The notes: generated by a model from the sequence alone, not told the origin. DNA of 52,090 nt, filler included, from Catajapyx aquilonaris (GCA_000934665.2; 3 parts of 3 records of this genome joined end to end with filler, not necessarily neighbours in it), one strand, 5' to 3'; shown: positions 22,989 through 36,047, numbered from the whole stretch's first letter. A program made the numbers and translations.

Positions 22989-24040
22989 CTAGAGTAAATA
23001 AGGAATGGTACAGAGAGAGGGTGGGATACTAACCTCAGAAATTTTGTGGAGATTTTCATCAGGAGTTCTTCAATTTGTTTTGGGAAGAGAAGTGTTGACA
23101 GAGTTGAGGAGAAAAGGAGTAGGCAGGCTGTCCCATGAGGAGGTCATTGGGATCATGAGGACAGGATGTTATGAGATGTGATATGAATTATGGAAGAAGT
23201 AAAATCATTACGGGAATTGTAATGGGGGATACTAACCTGGTGAATTTTCAACAGATTTTATGGATTTTTTTTCGGTTTCAGGAAAGTGGTGAAGGAGTTG
23301 ATGGATGTGGAGTAGGCAGGGAGGCTCGTCAGGAACTGTTTGGGGTCACAAGGACTAGAATTTAAGATTTGTCATGTCAATATTCTGGAGCCGCAAGTAA
23401 AGGCATTATGGGAATTGTAATGGTACAGAGAGAGAAGGGGATACTAACCTTGTGAATTTTCAAACGATTTTCTTGGATTCTTGTACGGTTTGAAAAATGT
23501 TGAAGAGAGTGGAGAAGGAGTTGCTGGATGTGGAGTAGGAATCCAGGCTCGTCGGGAAGTGTTTGGAGTCACCAGGACTGGAATTTAAGATTTGTCACTG
23601 GAGTTGTTCTGGAGCAAGTGAAGGCATTATGGGAATTGTAATGGTACGGAGAGAGATAAGACGGGAAACTAACCTCGTGAATTTTCAAAATATTTTCTTG
23701 GGATGTTTTACGGTTTGAGGATAGTGGAGAAGGAGTTGATGGAGGTGGCAGGCAGGCAGGCAGACACGCAGGCAGCTCGTCAGGAAGTGTTTGGAGTCAC
23801 AAGGACTGAAATTTAAGATTTGTCATGTCAATATTCTGGAGCAAGTAGTAACTAGGGAATATGGGAATTGTAATGGTACAGAGGGAAGGTGGGATACTAA
23901 CAAGAATTTTGTGGAGATTTTGGTGAGGAGTTCTTCAACTTGTTTTGGGGTGAGATTTGTTGACAGAGGTGATCAAGGAGGTGATGAGAAAGGAGTAGGC
24001 AGGCTGTCCCATGAGGATGTCCTTTGGTTCATGAGGACAT
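22989..24040 (-). repeat. Tandem array of about 5 diverged 203-228 bp exon-intron-like units
   Basis: Minus-strand GTTAGT donor-like sites at 23901, 23673, 23448, 23236 and 23033. YAG acceptor-like sites at 23836, 23609, 23385 and 22989. Confidence 0.8.
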
Positions 24041-25975
24041 AGTCAGATTACACTCAGGTGGAAACCGGCCAGAAGGCCACGCCACCTGTGGCCAATAATT
24101 CATCATTCTATTGTATGTCACCACCACCGGAACCTCAGCCCGGGCATAGTCCCAAGGAGACCAGGGACCACCTCCCCGGCTACCCGGGACGGGACGGGAC
24201 CAGCAAAAGCCCAGACCCGCCTGGGGGTTCATGAGTTACTAATAAGAATTATGGGACTTCATATAGCCTGTTAAGGCCCTCAGCCCATACTAATGCAACA
24301 CGTCAAAACAACTACAACAACAAATTCACTGCTACCAGCCAATCATCAACAAATAAGCCACCAGTCAGTTCACCAAACATGATCATCAAATTCACTGCCA
24401 CCAGACATCCATCATCAAGTCATACGCCACCCATCATCCAAACATCAGTCCACCAGACATCCTCCATCATCAGGCCACCAGTCATCCATCATCAGGCATC
24501 AGGCATCGCGCCGTCTCCTTGCAGTGGTCCCTCCTGCCCCCCGGAAGTCCCTGTTGAGGTCACTCAGCACACCATCAGCCTCCAGTCAAAAACAATTGAA
24601 TGCATCAGGAACCCAGGCCCTTGGACACCGCCACACATAGCAGTGTTGGCCACGTGGTCTCAAAATCTCTGGTAATAAGCTGTGGGACACAGCACATGTT
24701 CGGAGTCTTGCTTTCCCAAGCCGCATGAACATCTGGCACTCTTCTCGGCTCCTTTAAGAAAAAATCTAGAGAGATAGGCCCGGAATGGGCCATGACCAGA
24801 GATGAAACGGGCAACGTGACCATGTAGCCTACATGTCTCCTGATGTCCACCGCTGGCAGGAAGGCACGGCTCCAAGTCCTCCCAACCGCTTCCCAGCGAG
24901 TCTGCCACAGTTTCAAAATGTGATGCTCAATTCTCCAGTTCACCGCCGATCTGCGTTCCGGCAGGAACACCCGGCCAACTAACTGGTCCGTCGCCCGTCT
25001 TGCCTCCTCATCCGCTCGCTCATTCCCAGACACCCCAGCGTGGCCCTTCACCCAAAACAAAGAAACCACCGCCGGGATGACCCGCTGAATACCCCTTATC
25101 CTGGTGGCCACCGTCGTCTGCATCCTGGGATCGGCCAACGTCATGAGTGCTGACAGGGAGTCAGAGGCGATGCCGGCTCTGCTGCCTGTGGGAAGCCCCA
25201 ACTCACGTAGCGTCTCCATGGCTCGTCCCACCATCTCCAGTTCCACCTCAAATATTCCAGCCGTAGGCGGAAATGGCACTCTCCTTGTGAACAACTCCCT
25301 CCCGGCTCCATCGTAGGCCACCAGAGCCCCTCCAGCTTTCCTGCCCTTGGTGACGGATCCGTCTGTGAAGACCACTACATCATTAATCCCTACCAGCTCC
25401 TCGGTCCATCGTCCTATGTCGAGGCGCTCCCAAGTCCAGGGAGGGACCAGGTGCCGCAAATCCAGATTCCTGGCCGCCAGACCTTCAGACTCCCTTTGAA
25501 GATCTGGTAGGCTTTGTGAATCCCCCAGGCTTGTAGATCTGGGGGGGACGTTTCCGGCTAGCACGTTGAGGAGTGCATTCGACGTCGTCCGGTAGGTCCT
25601 TGTTGTGGCCAACAGTAGCGGACGAATGGCCGCCTGGAGACTAGAACGAATCAGCTTGCCTGTAGCACGTTCCCCCCAAATCTCTGCACCGTATAGCAAC
25701 ATCGGGAGGATGGCCCTCTTCAACACTTTCCACCTGCTACTGGGGGTCATCCCCCAGCGGGTTCCTGCCACTCCAGTCTCTGGCTGCCAGTCTTAGAACC
25801 TTATCCCTCACTAGTCGAGCATGAGGAACCCAGCATGTCAGTCGAGAATCCAGGTGCAGGCCTAAGACCCGAACAGTAACACCCAAGTGAATTTTCTCCT
25901 TCTGGAACTCCACCAGAGGTTTCCCCTCACGCGGGTGATGGGGTAGGAATAGCGCCTCAGTCTTCCTAGCGTTCA
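24041..25975 (-). mobile_element. 5'-truncated non-LTR retrotransposon (R1/LOA-like): RT C-terminus, RNase H, C-terminal zinc knuckle and 3' UTR; frameshifted
   Basis: NARKTEALF, VLGLHLDSRLT, AILPMLLYGAEIW; RNase H motifs VFTDGS, EVEL, SDSLSAL and WVKGHAGVSGNERADEEAR; FISGHGPFRAYL..CSCG..QDSEHVLC. The 3' boundary is approximate. Confidence 0.85.
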
Positions 25976-28900
25976 TGTTGTGACTTCAAATTTTCTCTTC
26001 ACAGGACCTAAATCGTGCTCCAATCCGAAAGAAAATTGAATTTTTATTGATTTTACTTTTTTTGGAGTGTCTGGGTTGTACTTAACACTCAGTACGGAAC
26101 CCACTGCACCGTTAACCAATCCAAGAGTAACATCAATGTTTCTTCTTAACATAATCTTTGTGCCAAGTTTAATAGTAATGTTTTTTTCCTCTTCAAAACT
26201 AGCCGTATTAGAACAATCCTTTTCGTACTTTCTGAGAAGCTTATTGACTCGAGTTCGCATAGTCCTGGGACAGTCCAACGAGTCCTCAGCTTCCAGTATG
26301 ATCTCAGGAGAGTTTATAGCTTCAAGCATGGCTTTATTTAAGACTTTGCACATGTGGTTGGCTGGCAGCAAACAAATGGTATCTTGTGGCAGGCTGGATA
26401 ATTCCCTAGAGTGAGTAGAGTCTGCCAGTAGGATCAGTCGACAGGATATTCACGAGTCTCGCAGTAAGTGCCTGGATATCGTTATGGGAAATGATTCCCA
26501 AGCGTACCCGATGAAACAATTATTGCACAAAATAATTCACTGTTATTTTGCTGTCTCATATTTATTGTCAGTTCATCAAAACTAAAAAGTTCTCTCCACA
26601 TATTGACTGAACTTAACGAGCCAACGTATTTTTCAGCATTCTTAGTCGAAAGACTCTCAAAAGGTGGTGCCTCATGTACTAGTTGAAGCTGGAGTAAGTC
26701 TCCGAACAACAAGACGTGTTTTCCTCCGAACCAGCCGTTCTCGCCGTCTGAGGTTCCATCTGACAAACGTAAATGTATGTACAATAGGGTCAGGTTGGAC
26801 ACCATGGATATCTCGTCGATGATGAATAGTATTACGTTGTTTAGCTCAGCTCTAACGAGCTGCAGAACTTCATCTGACAGAGGTCTGTACTTTGGGGTCT
26901 TGCCATGTTCTACGGGCAACTGCAGGTGTCGGTGAATGGTGAGGCCATTAACATTGAATGCGGCGATGCCAGTCGGGGCGCTGACGGCGACCGTCTTCTT
27001 CAACTTCTGTTTCACGCAGGCTTTAATGGTATGAATCAGATGAATTTTTCCTGTTCCTCCAGTTCCGCTGCAAAACATTCGCATCACTGTTTTGTCACTT
27101 TTTGTCATAATTATGTTGAACATACTCGAACACTCTCTTCTGATCACAGTTCAACTTGTCAATTATCTGTTGTAAGTCTTCCTCGACATCACCTAGTTGA
27201 TCGACTTGATGTAGATCTTTCATGGCATTGGCAGCCTCCACGGGACCGAACTCTAAGGGATTATCAGGACAGTCACCATCCTCTTGTTGGGATGTCTCCA
27301 TCTGAGCTATCTTCGCTTCGATAATTATTTCGAAAGCACTTTCAATGTTTGTCTTAAACTGACACTGAAGGTCGCTATACCTTAAGCCTTCCTCTATATA
27401 GGTCATGTTTCGAAATATTGAAAGCTTCAGTATAGGAAGAGAAGTTAGCAATAAGTTCACTTTGTTTTTGTCAAGGTTTGAAAAGAAGTATGGAAAAGAA
27501 ATACTTCTCTGAAAACTGATTAACATCATATCTGTAGTGGTTGATTAAATATGGGTGAAGTATTTTTTTCAGGAATCGTGATCCACTTATTTTGTAAAAT
27601 TCAGTTTCAGACGACACCGGTTTCTGCTTCACTATATCAAACCACCTTATGAAATTGTCCAAGTTCATGTTTTCCAGCTGTGGTGGCCTGTTAGAGCAAT
27701 GGTCATTAACCCACGACTGATAGAAAATATTGGTTGACTCGGGATCCAAATGACAGACTTCATTCCTGAACTTGACTCGACGATTGCGATGAATGTTCAC
27801 GTCTTCTCAGCGAATAGTCGTGTTAGGGTCTGTACCGTAAAGAGCATTGCCCAGAAGAGTGTCACTGGCCTCTAGTGCACCGCACTCTCTGGGGCTCAAT
27901 GCACGAAGTCCCACATTGTACAGACGACTTCAGAAAGATTTGGTTGAGTTTATGTCGAAGCATGTTTTAGCGACATGACTCTTTTCGCTCTTGGTTGTGT
28001 ATTTTGTAATGTAATAATTCAGCACGGAGCTTTTCTCGCCCACATACTGCAGGTCCACGTTACCATTCCATGCCAACAGTACTGCAGGGTTGTAGTCATT
28101 AATAAAGGCTTCCTCTTTGGATCTTCTTATGTTGTACAATCTGCTGTTCGATGACAGTGTTTTCCTAGCAGCTATGGACTTTGATGAAACCTTGAGCTGT
28201 TTTTTTTGTTACGCAAACAGTAGCTGTTGTGTCGGTGAGTCTGACATTTCTTGACTCGTTCGTGTAAAGTTGGACATGATTTTTTTGGGAATGTCACAGG
28301 TGACGTATTTAGAAATGAAATTTGCGACATCTTCAGTTGAGGATGTTCCCAGAACAGGAGCGCCTTTGACCCACGACATGAGATGAAAGTGTTGTGCTCC
28401 TCGTGACTGGTACTCTCGTCTCCAAAAGTAATGTTCCACTGGTCCTAATGGCTCGTCTTTCGACATTATGAAGTCCAGCATACCCTTGAAGTAGTTATCA
28501 ATAAAATAATCTGGATGCGGAAACAGGATCTAGAGATACTCACTCACTGATGGACTTCTTGTTGAAATGTGGACTGTTTATGTGACGAATGAAGTTTCCG
28601 AGATCTTCCCAAGACCACTCGCTAGGACTGATTGTTAGAAACCATGTGGCGGGGCCGTAATGCTGCGTCATGCAGTTGACATCATTTCTAGGTTTTGAAA
28701 AATATTGTTCCGTGTTTCGTAATCTTGAGAAGACAGCTGTTAAGTCGCCTTCTAACTCGTCATTTTTAGCATCTCCATGTACCGAGCAGCAGTAAGCATT
28801 TCTTTTTGGTTTATGACGTTCAGCTTATAAAATATACCAGCACTAAGTTGGCGCATGTTAGCATCGTTCAATAAATATAATAAATATTGTGGTTTAGACG

Positions 28901-31006
28901 AAATTCAGAGTGGGTAGGCACAAGTTTCGTCTTGATAAACTCTGAAGAAGTTAACCTCAACCCGTTCTGAAACTGACTGTATTTTCCCGAGGGAAATAAA
29001 TCGGGAAAACATTTCACATCAATTTCTTTGTCCCGTGAATCGATTGGCTCGGCGTTCACCTTGACCATCTGGTAGAGTGCTGAAGCTGTCTTATTTTCCT
29101 TTTTCTCGTGCAGAGGATAGATGGTGTACTGTTCATAACTATCCTTCACGTCTAAAATCACCTGAGTTAAGAGAGCAGGCTTCGTGTTCTAATGGGGGTT
29201 GAGGTTTCCGGTCCCGTAAGAGCAGAATGGATCTTATTGATGTCGACTAAATTCTCCCAGATGACTCACGTAACAGAATGTACAGTTCTGGGTTGTGAAT
29301 GAGTGCTTGCCGGGATTGTGGTATTTTTGTCAGAGTCTATCGTAGTGGTAAAGGCAGGTGGAAAGTCCGGCTGACAACTTTTTTTATTTGCTGTTTGTTG
29401 GACATGTTTTTATTTCCAACTGGTACCTATCATCGATGTGACTACCTGGAAAACCTTTGCCCTCTGTATTCGAATATTTTCATATTCGTTTAACTGTTTT
29501 ATTTCATTGGGACGGTCCTAAACGAGTAGGTCATTCATAATGCAAGTAGCGGGCATCGAATTTGACCTAAATTTTTCCAAGTAGAAGTGGCAAATGTAAC
29601 AGATAAGTTAAGTCCAGTTTATTTAGAAGTAAAAAGTTCTTGTATTTCAACCAACTGTCAGAAGTCAGTTGTTTACGAAGTTTACAGAACTGGCTTACAT
29701 CTCGCTTGAAGCACAATAATTTTTGGCACGAAGTGCAAACATTTACTGGGACATCCATAGTTCGTTTCTTGAGGGTTATAAATGCATTCTTAAATTCCTC
29801 AATTAATGAATCTTCAGTGATGTCTTCACTTGCATTCTGATAGATGACGTTGCCAGTCCGACATTTGTCTGCTACATTTTGTAAAATGGTAATATTGGTG
29901 TTTTTAAGGGCAGCGTCTATGGTATCTAGACTGTTGCAAAGTCCGATGACCAAGTACAATTTCCTGATAAGTGTCCTCAAAGATGGAAAATGAGACTTTA
30001 TAGTTTATAGTGTTTAGAAATTGTAAGTCGCTATTTACGAAGCGCTGACACTAATCTTGTTCCTGCAGTAAGTGTATAATAATGTATTGGGCATCCAATA
30101 ATAAATTCGAATAGGTCTCCCAATTGCTGTAGAATATTTTCATCAAGACGTCAGAGCTGATAACAGGTCCAGGCCGGCTGCTCGGAATTTCTAACGTTCA
30201 CAGACTTTGCAAATATGACCGCCTCCCCCGCGAGGTTTATAGGAATTGGCATTAACAGATCATAAACACGATAATATGCTTGTTCATAGAAGTATGCCTC
30301 TTGGCTTGGTAGGTGTAATGTTTCTCCAAGAATGACAAAGAGCTTGTCACGGGCACTTGCTTCAGGGTCACACGCTTTAATTTTTGTCAAGGAAACATTA
30401 ACACTGGCTTGAATGTTAGTCAGTTTGTAATGAATTTTTTTCAAAATATTTCCTCTACTGACCATAACCCACTTGAAAATGGATGTTGCAATCAATCTGT
30501 TTTGGCTGATTGATCCTTTTGTAAGCTTAGCCATAATTTTTTAAACGGTATTTTCTTCATTGCCTAAGTACTTGAGGCTATTACATCCATTTTTTCTATA
30601 TTTTCTTCAACCCTTCAGCAACACTTGATAGTTAATGTCGGGATCGTCTACTTCTTTCCGAATGATTTAAATAGTATACCTTCTTGACGCTTCCAGTTTG
30701 GTTTGAGGATTATTTTTTTGTATCGACGCGACGTGAAGCTTCCCGTAATTGTTCAGGGTGTCCGGCATGATAACGAGTTATTGCTTCCCTCACCTTCTCC
30801 GGATGATGTGCATGATAACGACGAATTTGTTCACAAATTTTATCAGGGTGACTAGAATGGTAGCGAGTTTTTGTTTCCCGCATCTTGTCCGGGTGAGTTA
30901 GTTTGTATCGTTCATTGCACTGTCGTACATTTTCGGGATGACTTGACCTGTACTCATGACTGGTCTGTCGAAGCTGATCCCTGTGTGACTCCCTATATAG
31001 TTTCAT
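25976..31006 (-). mobile_element. Decayed autonomous Helitron-superfamily (Helentron/Helitron2-like) Rep-PIF1 helicase element
   Basis: Rep motifs: GPATWFLTISPSE (~28615-28657), YFWRREYQSRGAQHFH (HUH), YITKYTTK, NDYNPAVLLAWNGNVDLQY. PIF1 motifs: GTGGTGK, APTGIAAFNV, IIDEISMV, FGGKHVLLFGDLLQL, MRQ, IMLRRNIDVTLGLVNG. Many stops and frameshifts. Confidence 0.9.
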
Positions 31007-33678
31007 ACCATCATGGTGGGCCTCAGGGTATTCATCTGAATGTCGGGCGGCTGCCTCCTTCCGTTGCTCCCTTCTGTCCTTACCTGAGGTTTTTGATCTC
31101 CCGTGGTTTGTCCTCTAAGGACCTCCACGGGGCTTGCCACTAGCAGGATCTGTTGCCAGTTGTTGTGACGCCTCCGTAAGTGGAATGGACATGGCTAAGA
31201 TCTGGTCTTCACTCTTCCTCTTCATGTTGTTCACCAATGCGTGTATCCGTCCTCATCATTGATCTTAAGAACACATACAGTGGTATATAGGACTTACATA
31301 CTCCTGTAATGTTATATTACAGTACCGTAATACTTACATTGGCTGAAGTAATCATCATCAGTGGTGCTGGGTGGACAGCATCAGCCGCTGTTTTAGCAAC
31401 ATGTACTCTTGCTGGCACCTAAATAACGCAGTTGAAAATTTATTCTGTTGGTTGATGAAGAGCCTTTTACTAATGCAAAGGATCTTTTGCAATATTTTAA
31501 TTTATGAAACAACTTACCATTGCTTCGTAATGAGCCTTGGTAATCCATCTCAAACAACAAAATAATAATGGGATGGTTCAAAAGGCGGTCCACAAGGTCC
31601 AGAAGTTCCAAAAGGTACCAAAGTTCCAAAGGAAGGTTCAAACGTTCCAAAAGTACCGACCGATCCAAAAGCAGAGGCAAACCCAGAAAGCACTCTCCAA
31701 CACCTGCCCCTGCCTCCCACTACTTGATGGAATGGCTTTTTAGAGTACAAGTAATCTGGAATGATTTTTAAAAATGCACCCTGATCAATTTTCTCTCTCC
31801 ATATGACTACGAAAGTAAACAGCAGTAGTACCTACAGAGGATTGTGATTTTTTAATCAACAATGGCTTAGTTATAATGCATTTTTTTTGTCTTTCTAATA
31901 ACTGTAATGAAGTTGTCGGGTGCCTAATTTTTATTTATGTATTTGTTCCCCTTGTTTTGAGATTTCCATAAGTTTCCATTTTGTCTCTCCTGATCAATAA
32001 TGGCTGTTTAAAGTTATTAAAAAGCTGCCACCTTGAATCAAGATGGTCGATTCCAAATGCATGTTGATATATTAAGTAGTAGGCCTACCCCTTGTTTTGA
32101 GGATTTCTGATCAGTTTCCATTATGTCTCTGCGATCAATAATAGCTGATTTACGAATTTTTTAAGCATTGAAATGCCAAACATGTGCAGCAAGGGTAGAA
32201 GGGCCTATCAAGACAGGGCATATTAAGACATTTTCGCCCTTTATGATGTCCTGTACAGGGGCGTAGGCAGAAGAATTTCAGAGGGGGGGGGGGGGGGNGG
32301 CATTTCGTAAGCACAAGGTGAACAAGCCGTAAAGGGCGGGGAACGAGCCCGCCGCAGGCTAAATTTTTTGGGGGTTCAAGGTCACACGAGCTTAGGTGAG
32401 ATGTGGGAGATTTGAATAGGTGTGTATTTGATGAAATTGGTAGCATTTTTTTCAAAAAAAAATCATGAATTAGTAATTTATCATGCTATTTCAAACTGTC
32501 CTGTATATTGTCGCGGTCCGGACAAAATTGCGTCGCGGTCCGGATCCGGACCACGGTCCGCCAGTTGAATATCTCTGATGTACAGGGTGATTCTCTCGAA
32601 AGGAAACCCATGTCGAAAAATGGGAGTAACTTCAACACTTATCAATTTTTTTGATTTGCAATAATATTGCCAGGCATGGTTTTTCCAAGCAAAATATCTT
32701 AAATTTCTTTTAAATTGTCGTCTGGAACAGTCCAGGAGTGAAGCAAGGAAGGTGGACTTTAATTCAGAACATGGCCACAGAAGGTGCTCGAAACTGGCCA
32801 TGATTGTTATTGAAATCCTACTGTTTTGTAACAGTATTAGAGAGCACCTAATTTTTAGGGTAGCATAATATTACTGAAACTGGCATTTAATTAATCTTGC
32901 AGTGAACAGTGTGATATTCCTTCAAATGGGGTGTTACCATACACAACTATACGGTTCCACACTATAGTCATATACAAAATAAAGAAATAATATTCATACA
33001 ATCATGCTAGTATAGGGTGAACATAATATTATCAAACATTTAAAAATGGGTGCCATCTCCAGTTGCCATACATAATGGGGCGGAAAAGATCATGCAAGGT
33101 TGCCAAAGTTTTCATTGGGCATTTTAAATGCGAAAATTATTTAAAATTTCAAACTTAAATCCTGGATATTTAAAACTTATTTCAATTTTTCCCCCATCTG
33201 AACACCACGACAAACAACCAATCAAGGCCAGTGGCATGTTCCACAGAAAATCAAGAACAAGAAGTGATCTCTTCTAGGTGTGCATAACATGGATGAACCA
33301 GACTTGTTTTGGACTTCCTACTTATCATGCAACCATCCATAAAAATTACTGAGATGCAAGACAAATAAATTGACCCTTGTTGATGTCTTTGTACAAATCC
33401 AATTAATCCATTAAAGTTGTTAACTTTTCATGCATCCAATAATGCTGAGGCCCTCCCATACACATTTTAAGTCATGACATAAAATGTATATGCTCACTAA
33501 TGTATTAATGACAACGGGCTTAAACAGCAAAAAAAGCAGGGCTTTCTCCACTTTAACACAGCTCCCGAGTGGTGTTTCATGTCATAATTATATTACTATG
33601 AAAATATTGGAAAAAATATAATCCTGCAAGTTCCACTAGTTCAGGGTTTTTTTGACAAAAAATTGGAAAAGAGTTAAG

Positions 33679-33863
33679 TTTTACCCAAGGGGTATTCACT
33701 TCGGTACTCCGGTGTACACCTGCAAGTGGTACTCCCAGGTACTCCTTAGGTACTTTACTCTTTGGTACACCTTGGTACTCTTTGGTACACCTTGGTACTC
33801 CTTGAATTAGGTACTACTCCAGTGTACACTTGTCAGTCCAGTGGTTACCCCCTTGGTTTTACC
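33679..33863. repeat. GGTACTC-motif interspersed repeat
   Basis: Reverse complement of 11160-11322. Confidence 0.7.
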
Positions 33864-34721
33864 TCTCAATAACCCTCACAAATGGGAATGACATCACCTT
33901 TGACAGCCATTGTTACTATGACATGTTTGTATATACCTTCGTAATAGCAATGGTGATGTCATGCCAAACTTGAAAAATTGAATGCACATTTCCAGAGGTG
34001 CAAACTGTGGCAAATGTAGGACCAGCCAATCCAATGAGCCTTGATGTGATGCATTACAGTGATGACGGCCAAGCGATGGCTTTGTTGTTGCTGCAACCCT
34101 GCTTCCATTGCATGTCACTATTGCTTTTCAATATCCAACTTATATTTCGGAATGATTAGGAAAATGTAGTCAGGAAAACAAGTATTTATCTATGCTGTAA
34201 TTACCTAAATAAGCTCAAAGGTATAAAAAAGGGCCATTATTCACAGCCATGAGAAACTGGATCCTGTCTGGATCCAGTCCATCATTTGGTTGCTATAGGT
34301 ACAGTAGTATCACAAACCTAGAATTTCAACTCTAACAGTTCATTGTCCCACGCATCATTTTAAACAAGTGCATTAAATGAAAGAGATGATATGATGAACT
34401 ACCAATACACCCTTGTGCAGGGTCTGACAATGGCCTTGTCACTGGCAGCATAATTATTTTGGTGTTTCGAGAATGGATGCTATTGTGGTCAGCACATTTG
34501 GCATGTACCGTAAGGCATATTTTCGTGGATCTACAGTATATCTGTCTGATATGGATGCAAATCAATTTGGAGCACTTTATAAATGTCTAAGGGGGTCCAC
34601 TATGAGGCAACATTTGATGAGGAGGGTCACGGGCACGTCACATTTGACCTCCGAGGGCATCTGAGGTTGTATCAGGGCAAAACGAGGCCCAAATTGACAT
34701 GATTGTTGACAACACTACAGT

Positions 34722-34821
34722 NNNNNNNNNNNNNNNNNNNNNNNNNNNNNNNNNNNNNNNNNNNNTTAATTAATTAANNNNNNNNNNNNNNNNNNNNNNN
34801 NNNNNNNNNNNNNNNNNNNNN
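34722..34821. other. Artificial contig spacer
   Basis: N44 + TTAATTAATTAA + N44. Confidence 0.97.
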
Positions 34822-35055
34822 AAATTTTTTTCTCGTTTCTTATTGGGAAAATGTTCAGAAAATGCAATCGGAACTGATATTGCGTTACTCAATTCCTCTC
34901 GGGTCTCAGGAGGATATAAAGGCAGAGATTTTTACAATGATATTACATTTTGAGTAGCAATAGAAATAAAGTGGGTGGGCGTAGATGGCAGAAATTAAAA
35001 GTAAAGGATGGCTGGTACAAGTTCTTGTAAGTCAGTATTTTCCTGAGGGGAGATT

Positions 35056-35135
35056 GTACTATATCGCTCAAAAAGATGGTGACGATTTTGCATATAGTTT
35101 CAATGCAAAATGGTTCTTTTTGAGCAATATAGTAC
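35056..35135. mobile_element. Short hairpin MITE with TA flanks
   Basis: GTACTATATCGCTCAAAAAG...CTTTTTGAGCAATATAGTAC; same termini as 37605-37713. Confidence 0.7.
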
Positions 35136-35145
35136 CTTGGATTGA

Positions 35146-35516
35146 CCCACGGTCATATAAGTAAGGTCTGGTCACTCCCACCCGCCCCCTGCCGGGGCGT
35201 TTTGCATCGGGCGCTCACCTGAGAGCGCCATGAGACATTTCGAGGCCATGATAAGTGGCGACCCTACCGGACTATAGGCTGAACTTTATAGATACGAAGG
35301 GGAGGGCTACATTGGGGGGCCCAACATGGCCGCCGGCGGCCATGTTGGGCCAGTATGTAGCCCTCCCCTTTCTTACCTATAAAGTTCAGCCTATAGTCCG
35401 GTAGGGTCGCTACGTATCGTGGCCTCCGATATGACTCCTGGCGCTCTCCGGCGAGCACCCGCTGCAAAATGCCTCGGCAGCTGATAACGCCAGAATGTAG
35501 TATAAGTGTCCGTGGG
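35146..35516. mobile_element. Palindromic (foldback) MITE, possibly Mutator-like
   Basis: Symmetric about GGCCCAACATGGCCGCCGGCGGCCATGTTGGGCC (~35318-35351). Termini CCCACGG/CCGTGGG; 9-bp flanks TTGGATTGA / CTGGATTGA. Confidence 0.7.
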
Positions 35517-35661
35517 CTGGATTGACCCAACCCAGCTGAGAAAATGTCGGTTCATCTTATTGAGGCTCATGGCTAGTCTTCGAACAGTGAAGACAGGTGG
35601 CAGAGTGAAACCACATTCACCAGATGTATAATCAGGCCTGTTGCAACAATGTTGCTTGTAA

Positions 35662-36026
35662 GGCTATTTTCACACGAGGCCACCATGGCAGCCCTGCCGC
35701 ATAAATTAGGCGGCGCTTCTCTGGCGGCGTGTCGCAGATGTTTTCACCACCACGGACGTGCTGCCAGTCGAGCATGGTCCCAAAATGCACGTTTGGCGGC
35801 ACGATAATCGCCCATCTTGTGTGAAAGGCTTCATATGATACAATGCAAACACGTGGCAGCGCGGCCAGTTGGCGGTGCCAAAAATCGCCCTGCCTGCCAC
35901 CAGTATTTCTGGCAGCGCTGCCAAGCACGAGGCCACCACCATGTGTGAAAGGCTCAATTTGCAGCAATGCAAAGACGAGGCCGTGCCGCCTTGTCAGCGC
36001 GATGGTGGCCTCGTGTGAAAGAGGCC
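35662..36026. mobile_element. PIF/Harbinger-type MITE
   Basis: TAA TSD and ~25-bp TIR GGCnnnTTTCACACGAGGCCACCAT. Confidence 0.8.
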
Positions 36027-36047
36027 TAAGTCTTACTGTCTATTGAT

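Noticed and set aside
24605..27147. Genuine helicase-RNase H fusion protein
   Set aside because: The frames are discontinuous (stop at 25973-25975), composition changes abruptly, and the downstream part is a typical 5'-truncated non-LTR ORF2.
31537..31771. Basic Ser/Arg-rich small protein (protamine-like)
   Set aside because: Short low-complexity sequence, open in several frames, with no recognisable domain or gene structure on the plus strand.
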